A DNA stretch of 20,000 nucleotides, taken from contig JBOZIK010000001.1 of assembly GCA_051453625.1 (NCBI GenBank), positions 32,876,945 to 32,896,944 on the forward strand, given 5' to 3'. The stretch is from Welwitschia mirabilis (lineage: Eukaryota). The stretch's first letter is position 1; each line of letters starts with the position of its first letter. The notes beneath the pieces were generated by a model that had not been told where the DNA came from, ran no database searches, and saw nothing but the letters and a program-made list of their open reading frames with translations. The position numbers and the translations under genes are program-made. This document shows positions 9,501-20,000 of this stretch, piece after piece.

Positions 9501-11010
9501 AACATTTNNNNNNNNNNNNNNNNNNNNNNNNNNNNNNNNNNNNNNNNNNNNNNNNNNNNNNNNNNNNNNNNNNNNNNNNNNNNNNNNNNNNNNNNNNNNN
9601 NNNNNNNGGAGCAATTCCATTTTCTTTGTTGGCACCTTTAAAAGTAAACGATCCTATGTCTTTCAGTAAATTTTTAAGGCTTAGCACCAAATTAAACATT
9701 TTCTTTAATGGAATATGGATAGGCTTAGCCACAATCAGCTAGCTACTCATTCTTCTTGGTGGTCTCTCACCTTTCAAATAGATAATAAATCCTTAGCTTC
9801 TCACTCTCCAGTTAGGTCTTATAGATTGGTTAAAGTAGGGCTTCTTCATTTGGATCAATTTGTTACCCTCTGAGAAAATTGCATCAAGATTAATTAGCCT
9901 CATCTCAAATCCAATTGAAAAGTTCACAAATNNNNNNNNNNNNNNNNNNNNNNNNNNNNNNNNNNNNNNNNNNNNNNNNNNNNNNNNNNNNNNNNNNNNN
10001 NNNNNNNNNNNNNNNNNNNNNNNNNNNNNNNAAATTTTTAAGGCTTGGTATAAAATTAAACATTTTCTTTTTTGGCATACGGACAATCTTAGCCATAATC
10101 AGCTAGTCACTCATTCTCCTTGGTGGTCTCCAACCTTTCAAATAGATGGTAATTCCTTAGCATCTTACTCTTCAGTCAGATCTCACAGATTGGTTAAAGT
10201 GGGGATTCTTCATTTAGATCAATTTGTTACTATTCGAGAAAACTACATCAAGATTAATTGGCCTTATCTCAAGTCCAAATGAAAAGTTTAAAAATTGGAT
10301 CTTCCTATTATCAAGTATATTGAAGAAGTAGTCTCTAAATATAATTGGCATTACAATAATACAAATTGATGGGATGATTGGTTTTGACTTGATGATAAAA
10401 AACTCACCCAACTATCCTTTTCTTCAGCTCAGACTTGGTTCTAAGATTTAATCAGTCAAATAAAGAAACTAAACTCTAGATGGCATCTCAACTAGTCGAA
10501 AAGTAAATGGAAACAATTCTTTAAAGAAGTTTGAAGGATAAAAGATCATCCCAAAACTAAACTTTTTTTTAATGTCTCATTCATCAGGGGATTCCTATGG
10601 CTCATTTTCTTCAACATTTTGGAATAACTCATCTGTTGTATCCTCTGTGTCAAGAAATAGAAATCGTTTAGCATACTTTTTAGGATTGTCGCAATGATAG
10701 ACAAGTCTAGGATTTGATCCAAAGTATTGACAGATTGAACACTTCTCTTTAGTATCCTAACTTCATTTTACTAAAAGACCCTAAAAACTCTTTCTCCAAG
10801 CATGATTGAAATATCTTAATTTTGGAACTTCTCCACTTTATTTGGAAGTATCGTTGTCAGGCTTGGTTCAATAAAGATTCTCTTCAAGACTACTCCACAG
10901 ACACTAAATATTCAATTCTTGCAGTAGTTCTTCTTCAAAATGAAGCTTTCAGCCTTTAAGAAGATTATAAAAACTTAAAGCTCCATTATTATAAGCTCCT
11001 ATAAGAAGCT
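6503..11010 (+). pseudogene. LINE ORF2 (APE-like endonuclease, reverse transcriptase, C-terminal zinc-binding motif), degenerate
   Basis: NLISWNVQGL (6506), DIVFL*EVK, NIYAS, WIISGDF, TWSN, SRLD, SNHFPI; RT motifs GKALGLDG, N*RPITLLNVIYKIIAK, LKLDFDKAYD, SVRQGCPLAPYLF (~8605), SQFADDTFL (~8742); remnant LYPLCQEIEIV*HTF*DC (~10635-10690). Many premature stops and frameshifts. Confidence 0.95.
9415..10290 (+). repeat. Overlapping diverged copies of one ORF2 segment separated by two 100-N gaps
   Basis: AAATTTTTAAGGCTT(A/G)G..AAATTAAACATTT occurs at ~9475, ~9668 and ~10032; ~9668-9931 aligns with ~10032-10295. Confidence 0.9.
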
Positions 11011-11169
11011 AAATGCTTTTTAGTCTTCTTTTTAGTCCCTAAGTGCTAATAGCTGTCCTAGGGGGTGCAGTTACTTTTTATCCTTTTTGGGCTCTACTAA
11101 GGTGCTCCCTTTTGTACAAGTTCTTTCTCTATCTTAACAACCCTCCCCTTTCCCCCACTAAATCAGATT

Positions 11170-12720
11170 GTTTCTAATTCTTCAAATCTACCAAAATGTC
11201 AAGTGAATCCCATCCATTAATTATGTATTAAAGGCATTATAGATCTGATAGTACTTATTTATAATAGAGATTAATTCTTTACCCCAAGTGCAATGAGGGA
11301 ATAAATGCTATGCTGTTTCAAGATTCGATTGGCAGATGGGATAGTTTGCATCCACTTGAAATCCTCTCTTGAGCAACTTGTCTTTACTTAAGATTCTATG
11401 GTGGTTCTTTAACCAACAAAAGACTTTAATTTTTTTTGGAATTTAACCCTTCCAATACTACTTGTATGAGTTATCTTTCTCATATTTCTTTAAGAGACTC
11501 TATTTGGTTAAATCAAACTGATAAATGTTTAAATCTAAAAGTTGTTGTNNNNNNNNNNNNNNNNNNNNNNNNNNNNNNNNNNNNNNNNNNNNNNNNNNNN
11601 NNNNNNNNNNNNNNNNNNNNNNNNNNNNNNNNNNNNNNNNNNNNNNNNAGTTTGCATCCACTTGAAATCCTCTCTTGAGTAATTTGTCTTTAGTTAAGAT
11701 TCTATGGTGGTCCTTTAACCAATAAAATACTTTAATTTTTTTTTGGAATTTAACCCTTCCAATACTACTTGTATGAGTCATCTTTCCCATATTTCTTTAA
11801 GAGAATCTATTTGGTTAAATCAAACTGATAAATGTTTAAATCTAAAAGTTATTGTCAGCTTTACTGAGGATTTTTTTTATGTAGGACTCTTCATGATCAG
11901 TGCTTTAATTTTTGTATTTNNNNNNNNNNNNNNNCATGAGGGTTATCCTCCTTCATGTAGTTTTTTTAAAATCCTATGAGATCTAGTAAGGATGTAATCG
12001 TTTGGTTTCTAGATCCCCTATCCCCCAGATTCTCTTGGGTGGGTAATAGTCTCCCATTTACAGAGATGAATTTCGTGATGATCTTTTCCTCCTGACCATA
12101 TAAACTCCTTTAAGATCCTGTTGATTTTTTGAATAAAATTTCTCAAGGGGGATTAAACAAGATTTTGTGAGGATGATCTTAGCTTTGGATGAGAGAAAGT
12201 TGTTCTGCCAAGAGTTTCACTACCTTTGAATGGACTCAAGGATGTAATTCTAGATAAGGTTCTTATGCCAGTTTCGAAGGGGAATGCCCAAGTATATATC
12301 CTGAAGATCTCCTAATTTTGCACTCAAGATTTGGGTAATTTCATCCCCTATGGTACGTTTTTTGCCCAAAGTATGGATTTTTGACTTATTCTAGTTGGTT
12401 TGAAGACCTTAGCCATTGCAAAAAGATTCATAGAATTTTTGATTACTTTTTCTTGCTGACCTGAAGCCCTAGTCATAATGATGGTATCATCTACATAGTG
12501 ATTGTTGATAAAGGTTTGACCTCCAATTCTGATTTCTGTAACTCCATTTCTTCTTTAAAAAACCTATAAAATATTCACCACAAAGAGAAAAAGGTATGCG
12601 GAGAGGGGGTCCCCTTGTCTTAACCCTCTACCTAATGAAAAGAAATTTGATTTATGATTATTGATCTCCATGCTGAATTCAGTTGAAACCTGCATGTCTA
12701 ATCAAAGATTAATGATATCT
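11170..12720 (-). mobile_element. Fragment of a second, different L1-type LINE (3' part of ORF2: RT core to zf-RVT)
   Basis: Minus strand: GRGLRQGDPLSAYLF (~12633-12590), NNHYVDDTII (~12500), YLGIP (~12295), HEGG (~11950), KIKVFYWLKDHHRILTKDKLLKRGF and PICQSNLETA*HLFPHC (zf-RVT-like). Contains the gap-flanking duplicate ~11343-11548/11649-11855. Confidence 0.88.
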
Positions 12721-12929
12721 TAATAAAAACCAGTTTTTTAAGAAAAAACTCAATGATTTAACACATAGAGAACATAAATAATTTAGAAGTTAAATCTATT
12801 TATTAAGAAAATAATCCCTTAAAGATATTATTATTGAAAAGCTTGGAATCCATTGTAATCATGTAAGAATACATTATAGAGATGTATGACAACTTGAATA
12901 AAATTGATATTATATGCTATCAAAATAAA

Positions 12930-14760
12930 AATGATAGCAAAAATGCATGAATCCAATGTGTTAACATAATGTACTAATGCAATGTAAGTATATATATCAA
13001 GATCACCACTTATGATAGTCATATTTCAAATCATTTATTATGGATGTTTTTTAGATAGTTATATGATATCAATCTTGATCATACTTATGGAATATTTAGT
13101 TATAGTTCTTGTAATAAAGGCATTATTACTTAACTAATAAATATTTGTTATTTTTTTAACATTTCTTAACTTTTATTAATTTGATTAACTACTATCACCT
13201 TTAGCTAATAGTTGTATCTCATATTAGTGTCTTTACTTTCCATCTAAAAGAATTTTTTCTCATGTAAAACTATTGATTATTATATATTCTAATTATTCAT
13301 GATATCAGCACTTACATTGTTTCTCCTTCATATTGTTTCTTGACTTCTAAAATGTTAGTTTGGTAAAAGGCTTTCTTCTTGAAATTAATACTTTAGGATC
13401 AATTTCATGACCTTTCATTTTGTTTCTTTATTTAATTAAAGAGGATGTGATATTTTCAAGAGATGAATGAACCTTTTTTAAAGTGAACACACCACTATTA
13501 AATATTTTTAGAAGACCAATTAAAAGGATGGTTTTGGTATTATTTTTCTTAATCAATGATTAAATAGTAGCTAACTATGTTACCAATGATTGAGAATAAT
13601 TGATATAATGCTTCATGTCCATCTTTTTACTCATTTTTAGGTTGTATTATTGATGCTTAAGATTTGTTATTTTTCTTCATCAGTAGATCCTGATATATTA
13701 CATAAAGTACTTTATTAATCATTATCTAGATCTACATAATGTAAATATGCATCATTTGGAGTCATGTCAATTATTACAATTGCTTGTTATTCATGTTTAT
13801 GCCATTTAATTTCTTTACCTAGGTATCTGGGCTTCTAAGTTGTGTCATTTACAATAATCTATAATCCTTTTTGTGTTAATGCAAGCTAAAGATGAACTTT
13901 CTGTTGGAGTTGAAGTCGAATCCTCTTTTGTATTTTTCTATTTTTCGCTTGTTGTAGCACTTTGTTTGTAAAGTGTAATTCTCTTCTTATATTATAAAGT
14001 GAGAGGGGGTTGTTTATAAAGTGAATGTAGAATTAGGTTTTTTAACCTAAAGTGAGCATATTTAAAGGCAAGGGTTTTGAGGGAGGAGCAACGTATTCTA
14101 AACACTCTAGCTATTGAGGACAACTTGTGTCCTTTGACTGTTTCTTGAAATCTTAAGAGAGCTCGGCAATGCTTCTGTGGTTTTTCCCCATATCAGGGTT
14201 TCCATGTAAATTCCTATGTNNNNNNNNNNNNNNNNNNNNNNNNNNNNNNNNNNNNNNNNNNNNNNNNNNNNNNNNNNNNNNNNNNNNNNNNNNNNNNNNN
14301 NNNNNNNNNNNNNNNNNNNNNNNNNNNNNNNNNNNNNNNNNNNNNNNNNNNNNNNNNNNNNNNNNNNNNNNNNNNNNNNNNNNNNNNNNNNNNNNNNNNN
14401 NNNNNNNNNNNNNNNNNNNNNNNNNNNNNNNNNNNNNNNNNNNNNNNNNNNNNNNNNNNNNNNNNNNNNNNNNNNNNNNNNNNNNNNNNNNNNNNNNNNN
14501 NNNNNNNNNNNNNNNNNNNNNNNNNNNNNNNNNNNNNNNNNNNNNNNNNNNNNNNNNNNNNNNNNNNNNNNNNNNNNNNNNNNNNNNNNNNNNNNNNNNN
14601 NNNNNNNNNNNNNNNNNNNNNNNNNNNNNNNNNNNNNNNNNNNNNNNNNNNNNNNNNNNNNNNATGCAAGCTAAAGATAAACTTCCACTATGTGAAGAGT
14701 TCTTTCTTCATATTTTTCAATACCTAATGACATTTCATCTCCTATTAATGTTACCACCTT
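12930..14760 (-). mobile_element. Ancient Ty1/copia gag-protease relic
   Basis: Minus-strand translation across the LTR insertion (with frameshifts): WKF-L*LALTQKGL*IIVND...KWHKHE*QAIVII...AYLHYV...YNLKMSKKMDMKHYINYSQSLVT*LATI...KTILLIGL (UBN2/Retrotran_gag_2 pattern); decayed knuckle KC*YHE*LEYII (~13315-13280); WYID-like protease remnant ~13000-12960. Confidence 0.7.
13902..14219 (+). mobile_element. LTR (5' portion; possibly a solo LTR) inserted in the old gag relic
   Basis: Begins TGTTGGAG exactly where the gag homology breaks; TATAAAG at ~13994; U5-like GTGGTTTTTCCCC...AGGGTTTCCATGTAAATTC before the 444-N gap. The 3' end is not visible. Confidence 0.65.
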
Positions 14761-16307
14761 ATGAGATTTTTCAAAATTAAACCTCTATCTTTCTTTTCTT
14801 TCCATTAAAAATAAAAGATGATGGTTATATAGATCTTATAAAATAAAATGTATCCCTTATCAAATATCATTTTTTTAATCCTCTAAAAGTCATTATTACT
14901 TAACCTTACTCAATCTTACAAAGTTACAAAAGCAATAATTACCTTTAATGCAAGATATAATAAATAAACTTTAAATTTGATGGAGATAAATCAATGGTAA
15001 GATAAATAAAAAGGTATATAAACAAAAGGAAATAGGAAAGATCCATTAAATTGTATCAAACATGCTTTGGGAAGAGTACAAAGAAACTTCTAGAAAGCAT
15101 ACAACCCATGGCTTGATAAGATGTTCATTATAAACCATGGCTTAATAATATGCTCATTGCAAATGTTAATTATATGGTACACTGCATAATTGTCTTTATC
15201 AAAATTAGCTAGAACTTCATGTTATGATTTATTTTCTAAAACTAAGTTTGTTTGAATGTTTTTAATTTTGATTGTTATGTGATTTGAAGTTTTATAAGTC
15301 TAAGAGCTTAAATAGAATATAAAAACATGACATTTATGCACTAATTAATGATCATTTATTTGGCTACTCAAATTCTCATTTTGATAAAGCTGAAGTTATT
15401 TGATAAAGTTATTTTAGATATATGATTATATGGAATTACAAATTTGTATTTAGTTCAATGTGATAAATGATACTATCTTTTGGAGTTGAGGTTGTTAAAA
15501 AGGAATGAAATCCAAAAATGTCTTTAACTTAAGTTACTTTGAGATTAAAGGGTGGTAGATGTTATCAATAGGAATGGAAAAGGCACTTTCAATTTTAAAG
15601 AAATATGGAACAACCTAACAAAGTTTTGAAAGATAATATAATAAAAAAATAATTTAAATAAAAAATTTATTAAATAATTAGCAAAGAGCTAACATTCCTT
15701 TAATTTCTCAATTCTAAAGAAATAATCTACCTTATACTCAAAGCAAGAAGCAACCTCTATCCAATTTAAAATGCTTAAATATTTGCAAGATAACAAATAA
15801 AAGATATGCAAATTTCAAGGAGAATATCTTCAAGGTCTCTTATTTTTAATAAAATAAAAAGCATAGATTAACAAATTTCAATGTTAACCTATGCTAAAGG
15901 GAAATTTCAGAAATGTTTATATAGTAAAATGTCTAATAAATAAGTGTACGATTCCTTTTGAATAATGGAAGGAATAAGGATTAAAAAAATAAAAAGATTA
16001 TTTTTCAGAATTCCAGTCTACAAAAATGTTGGCTTTCACAAGATGAAATTCAGATTTAAATTATAACAATAGTAGGAAAAGGACCGAGACGATCTAGAAT
16101 TAAGATTCCTTTGCAAGATTTGGCCCAAGTTTGTGTAATGAACTATGTCTTTCTCTCTTTTCCAATTACATCTTCTTGTCCTATTACTTCACATAATTTC
16201 TACCAGATAAATTGACATAGATTTCCAATTTGCTACTATCATCCCTTATCTCATGACTTATTTAGTCACCCTTATTCTTTTTGCCTTTAAAGGCTATAGG
16301 GATGACT

Positions 16308-16788
16308 TATAAGTATAAGCATAAATCACTTTAAGTCAAAAGGATTTTCAAATCTATGATTTTCACATACTTGAATTTGATGAAGAATAAGTCATACTAA
16401 TCAATTTATGTAGTACTCTGATAATTGGTTTTTATCCCTTTTTCCCTTTTCTTTTCAAACACACTCTATTCTAATGAAAATTTTGTGTGTACATTATAGG
16501 CAAAGAGAGGCCCAATTATATATGCCTTTTAGCTTAAATATAGTGAATCCATCAAGCTGTAAGGTGGATGGATGAGATTAGCCCTTAATAACTTCCTAAT
16601 TATTATAATTATTTATTAATATAAATATAGGTAACTGACTATTAGTGGGAAGTTTAATGATCAAATGTTATCCCTTAATAATTATCAAGATAAATATAGG
16701 TAACTAACTATTAGTGGAAAGTTTAATGGTCAATCATTATCCCTTAATTTTAGGCCACAATTAAGTTACCAAATGGTAACTTCTAACA
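16308..16788 (-). repeat. 3' LTR of the Ikeros-like copia element (distal end uncertain)
   Basis: Starts TGTTAG after the PPT; TATATAA at ~16523-16517 on minus. The distal end is tentatively CTTATA (a mutated ..CA end) at 16308. Confidence 0.6.
16621..16748. repeat. Imperfect 69-bp tandem repeat (x~1.9) in LTR U3
   Basis: ATAAATATAGGTAACT(G/A)ACTATTAGTGG(G/A)AAGTTTAATG...TTATCCCTTAAT starts at 16621 and 16690. Confidence 0.9.
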
Positions 16789-16799
16789 TTCTCCCACTT
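16789..16799 (-). other. Polypurine tract (AAGTGGGAGAA) of the copia element
   Basis: Immediately followed on the minus strand by TGTTAGAAG, a canonical LTR start, at 16788. Confidence 0.85.
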
Positions 16800-17169
16800 G
16801 GCCTGAAATTTGGATGAAATTAAACATAATAAAACATTGTATGATGCACAAGCTTTGAGTATTAAAACTCATCCTTCAAGACTTCATAATTACCTCAATA
16901 TGATAAAAATACTAAACATGGGTTATGATAGGTATACATTGAACACATAACATACTTCTTCCATATACCATATACATTAGTATCTTACATTACTAGGTTT
17001 ATAAGTAATACATACAATATTATAATAGTCCATGTTAATGTTTCTAGATCATTCATGTTATAACATTTAAAATATTATGTTCACAACATAACTAGAAACA
17101 AAATAGTGTACTTTAGAAATACAAAAGCGAGCTCAAAGTGTCATACATCCTTAATATATCATTCAAAAG

Positions 17170-20000
17170 AATAACCAAGATCCATTCTTATGCATGTTCT
17201 TTAAATTTCTTTGATTGTGATCCTTTAAGATCTGTTCTAATATGTTTAATAGACACTCTTTATTTCTGAACTTTCTCCTTAATGGAAAAATGCTTTAATT
17301 CGATATGGTTGGCACCTCTTGAGTATTTATACATTTTGGAGAAAAACATTGCTACAGAATTATCACAATAAATTTTTAGTGGCTTGGTAATGGTGTTGAA
17401 AACCCCAAGTCCTAAAATAAAGTTCCATAGCCATAATGCATGTACTATAGCTTCAAATCATGCCATAATGAGCCAATGACATATTACTTAGCATTTTTCT
17501 ATTATATTGCTCCTTCTTCAATAAGAAAAAAATAACCAAAAGTAGACTTTCTACTGTCAATGGACCTAGCAAAATCTAAATTTGAGTGTCCAATCACTTT
17601 CAAGTGACTAGATATCGTATACATGAGCATGTCATTCTTGGTTCCTTAAAGATATCTTAAAACTTTCTTTACAGCTTTCCAATGATCCATTCTTAGATTA
17701 CTTTGATACGTGCCTAGCATTTTGACTGCAAGTCTGATATCTAGTGTTATACAAGTTTGCACATATATAATACTTCTAATAACAAAAGCATAAGGAAATA
17801 ATTCCATTCATTTCCTTTCTAATTCATTGTTTGGACATTACATGAGACTATATTTATCCCCTTTCTGAATTGGAACAATTCCAGTAGAACAGTTTTGCAT
17901 ATTACATCTCTCAAGAATTCTTTCAATATATGCTTTCTGAGATAATCCCAATAGTTCTTGTGATCTATCATGGAATATTTTAATTCCTATCACATGAGAT
18001 GCCTTACCTATATCTTTGATTTTAAAATTCTTTGAGAGATAGTCCTTCATCTCATACAATATTCTCAAGTCATTAGTAGTAGGCAAGATATCATCAACAT
18101 ACAGAACTCAAAATAAAAATTTTCTCCCACTAATCTTTCGATATATGTAATGATCAACAAGATTTTCTTCAAAACTGAAAGAGGTAATGGTATCATTGAA
18201 CTTAATATACCATTGCCTGGAAGCTTGTTTTAGTTCATATATTGATTTCTTGAGTTTACACACCATATGACCTTTTCTTTCAATTGAGAAACCTTAAAGT
18301 TAATCCATATAAACTTCCTATTCAAGGTTAGCATTCAAAAAGGCTATTTGTATATCCATCTAGTATAACTCCAAGTAATAATGAGGCACCAATACCATAA
18401 TGATACGTAAAGGGTCTTTCTTTGAGATGGATGAAAATGTCTTTTTAAATCAATGCCATCCTTCTGAGTATATCCTTTAGCAACAAGTCTAGCTTTATAT
18501 TATTTTATATTACCATTTGAATCAAGCTTGGTCTTAAAGATTCACTTATAGCTATCTCATTTAGAACCTTCTAGCAATTCAATGATATCCTAGACTTTGT
18601 TCTCATACATAGATTTTAACTCTTCTTTCATAGCATTAATTCATTTCTCAGAATGAGCACATTCTATAACTATGAAATAATATCTTTATTAATTTGAATG
18701 TTAAGATCTTATTCTAGCAAATATGTTTCATAATTACTAGGAATAGCTGATTTTCGTATTCTTTGAGATCTTCTCAAAGGTACTTCCTATGNNNNNNNNN
18801 NNNNNNNNNNNNNNNNNNNNNNNNNNNNNNNNNNNNNNNNNNNNNNNNNNNNNNNNNNNNNNNNNNNNNNNNNNNNNNNNNNNNNNNNNNNGAGATGGAT
18901 GAAAATGTCTTTTTAAATCAATGCCATCCTTCCGAGTATATCCTTTAGCAACAAGTCTAGCTTTATATTATTTTATATTTCCATTTGAATCGAGCTTGGT
19001 CTTAAAGATCCACTTATAGCTAACTCATTTAGAATCTTCTAGCAATTCAATGATATCCTAGACTTTGTTCTCATACATAGATTTTAACTCTTCTTTCATA
19101 GCATCAATTCATTTCTCAGAATGAGCACATTCTATAACTCATGAAAATGAAATAGGATCTTTATTAATTCGAATCTTAAGATCTTATTTTAACAAATATG
19201 TTTCATAATTACTAGGAATAGCTGATTTTTGTATTCTTTGAGATCTTCTCAAAGGTACTTCCTATGGCTTGTTTGCATTAGATCATTGTGAGTTATTTCC
19301 TTCATGGAGTATTTAATAAATTATATATTGTTTAGCATTAATATGATGTTCTTTAACAACTAGAGCAACATTTTGAACAATAACGGATGTAGAACACTTA
19401 TAGGTAAAGGAATAATTACCTTAACTTTTTTTATGTCCACATTCTGTTGATATATACTCCTATTAACTTTACCATTTTCAAGGAATTTTGTATTACTAGT
19501 TTCACTATCCTTGGACTATGGTTAGGACAATAAAATATATGCCCTTTAGATTTCTTTAGGTAACCACTAATTGTTTGAAAATCTAGTTTCTTTTTGTATG
19601 AATCATAGACTCTTACTTTTGCTAGGCAATTCCAAACATGTAGGTGCCTCAGACTAGGTTTTCTATCTGTTCATAACTTAAAAGTAGTTCTTGGAACTAC
19701 CTTACTAGGAACCCTATTTATCAGATACATTGCTCTTTAATGCATACATCCACAAAGATTTGGATAATGATGAATCACTCATCATACTCCTAACCATATC
19801 AATCACTATTTTGTTGCATCTTTCGATCACACCATTTTGTTGAGATGTGTATGACATAGTGTATTGTGCACATATGCCATGTATTTCAAAAAGTTTTACA
19901 AATGGACCTAGACATTATCCTATTATCGCCACCTCTATTAGACCTTATGATTTTCACTTTCTTGTCTAATTATCATTCTACTTCATTAATATAAATCTTA
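17170..20000 (-). pseudogene. copia pol: integrase, RT and RNase H, with stops and frameshifts
   Basis: KVKIIRSNRGG, QQNGVIER, DMVRSMMS, NRVPSK (integrase, ~19960-19700); KARLVAKGYTQKDGID, KKSIYELKQASRQWY, YVDD at 18101-18090 (RT); IYCDNS, ANHIELKH (RNase H, ~17375-17290). Duplicate 18424-18791/18892-19266 around a 100-N gap. Confidence 0.95.

Larger units (their letters stand above)
3508..11160 (+). mobile_element. Near full-length, inactivated L1-clade non-LTR retrotransposon (LINE)
   Basis: Putative 5' UTR (3508-3830), ORF1 and ORF2 with all canonical motifs in order, and a pyrimidine-rich 3' region. No clear poly(A) or TSD, so the boundaries are approximate. Confidence 0.9.
16308..20000 (-). 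mobile_element. 3' half of a Ty1/copia LTR retrotransposon, Ikeros-like lineage, degenerate
   Basis: Copia domain order INT-RT-RH, followed by PPT and 3' LTR; continues beyond the window. The lineage call is from recalled motif similarity (GPF.K..E.HGI.AQYTM; IGIKIFHDRSQELLGLSQKAYI; PIQKGDK) and was not searched. Confidence 0.9.

Noticed and set aside
11040-11170. Poly(A) tail / TSD of the plus-strand LINE
   Set aside because: No A-run and no match to the sequence before 3508 could be found.
14830-16300. AT-rich tract with a possible splice acceptor (TTTTTCAG ~16008) and a slightly GC-richer patch
   Set aside because: No sustained reading frame or motif found on inspection; an exon or element call cannot be supported.

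Overview
AT-rich eukaryotic (land-plant, most likely gymnosperm-type; inference) intergenic DNA from a gappy draft assembly, made almost entirely of decayed, nested retrotransposons. No intact host gene, RNA gene or prokaryotic feature is visible. From left to right: (1) a decayed minus-strand gene (~1870->654), mostly missed by the ORF track, with a TATA box, an N-terminal domain resembling plant retrotransposon accessory ORFs, an S/P/Q-rich linker and a C-terminal DnaJ (HPD) domain; its promoter region runs directly into a copy of the sequence found upstream of LINE ORF1; (2) a near full-length but stop-riddled L1-clade LINE on + (~3508-11160; ORF1, then ORF2 with endonuclease, RT and a C-terminal zinc motif); (3) a convergent fragment of a different LINE on - (~11170-12720); (4) a very old copia gag/protease relic on - (~12930-14760) interrupted by an LTR starting at 13902; (5) the 3' half of an Ikeros-like Ty1/copia element on - (integrase, RT, RNase H, PPT, 3' LTR; ~16308-20000). 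Many 100-N gaps are flanked by duplicated, mostly diverged sequence, so the window is probably a mosaic of paralogous or haplotype copies. The best novelty candidate is the putative transposon-encoded J-domain fusion gene arranged head-to-head with a LINE 5' region.
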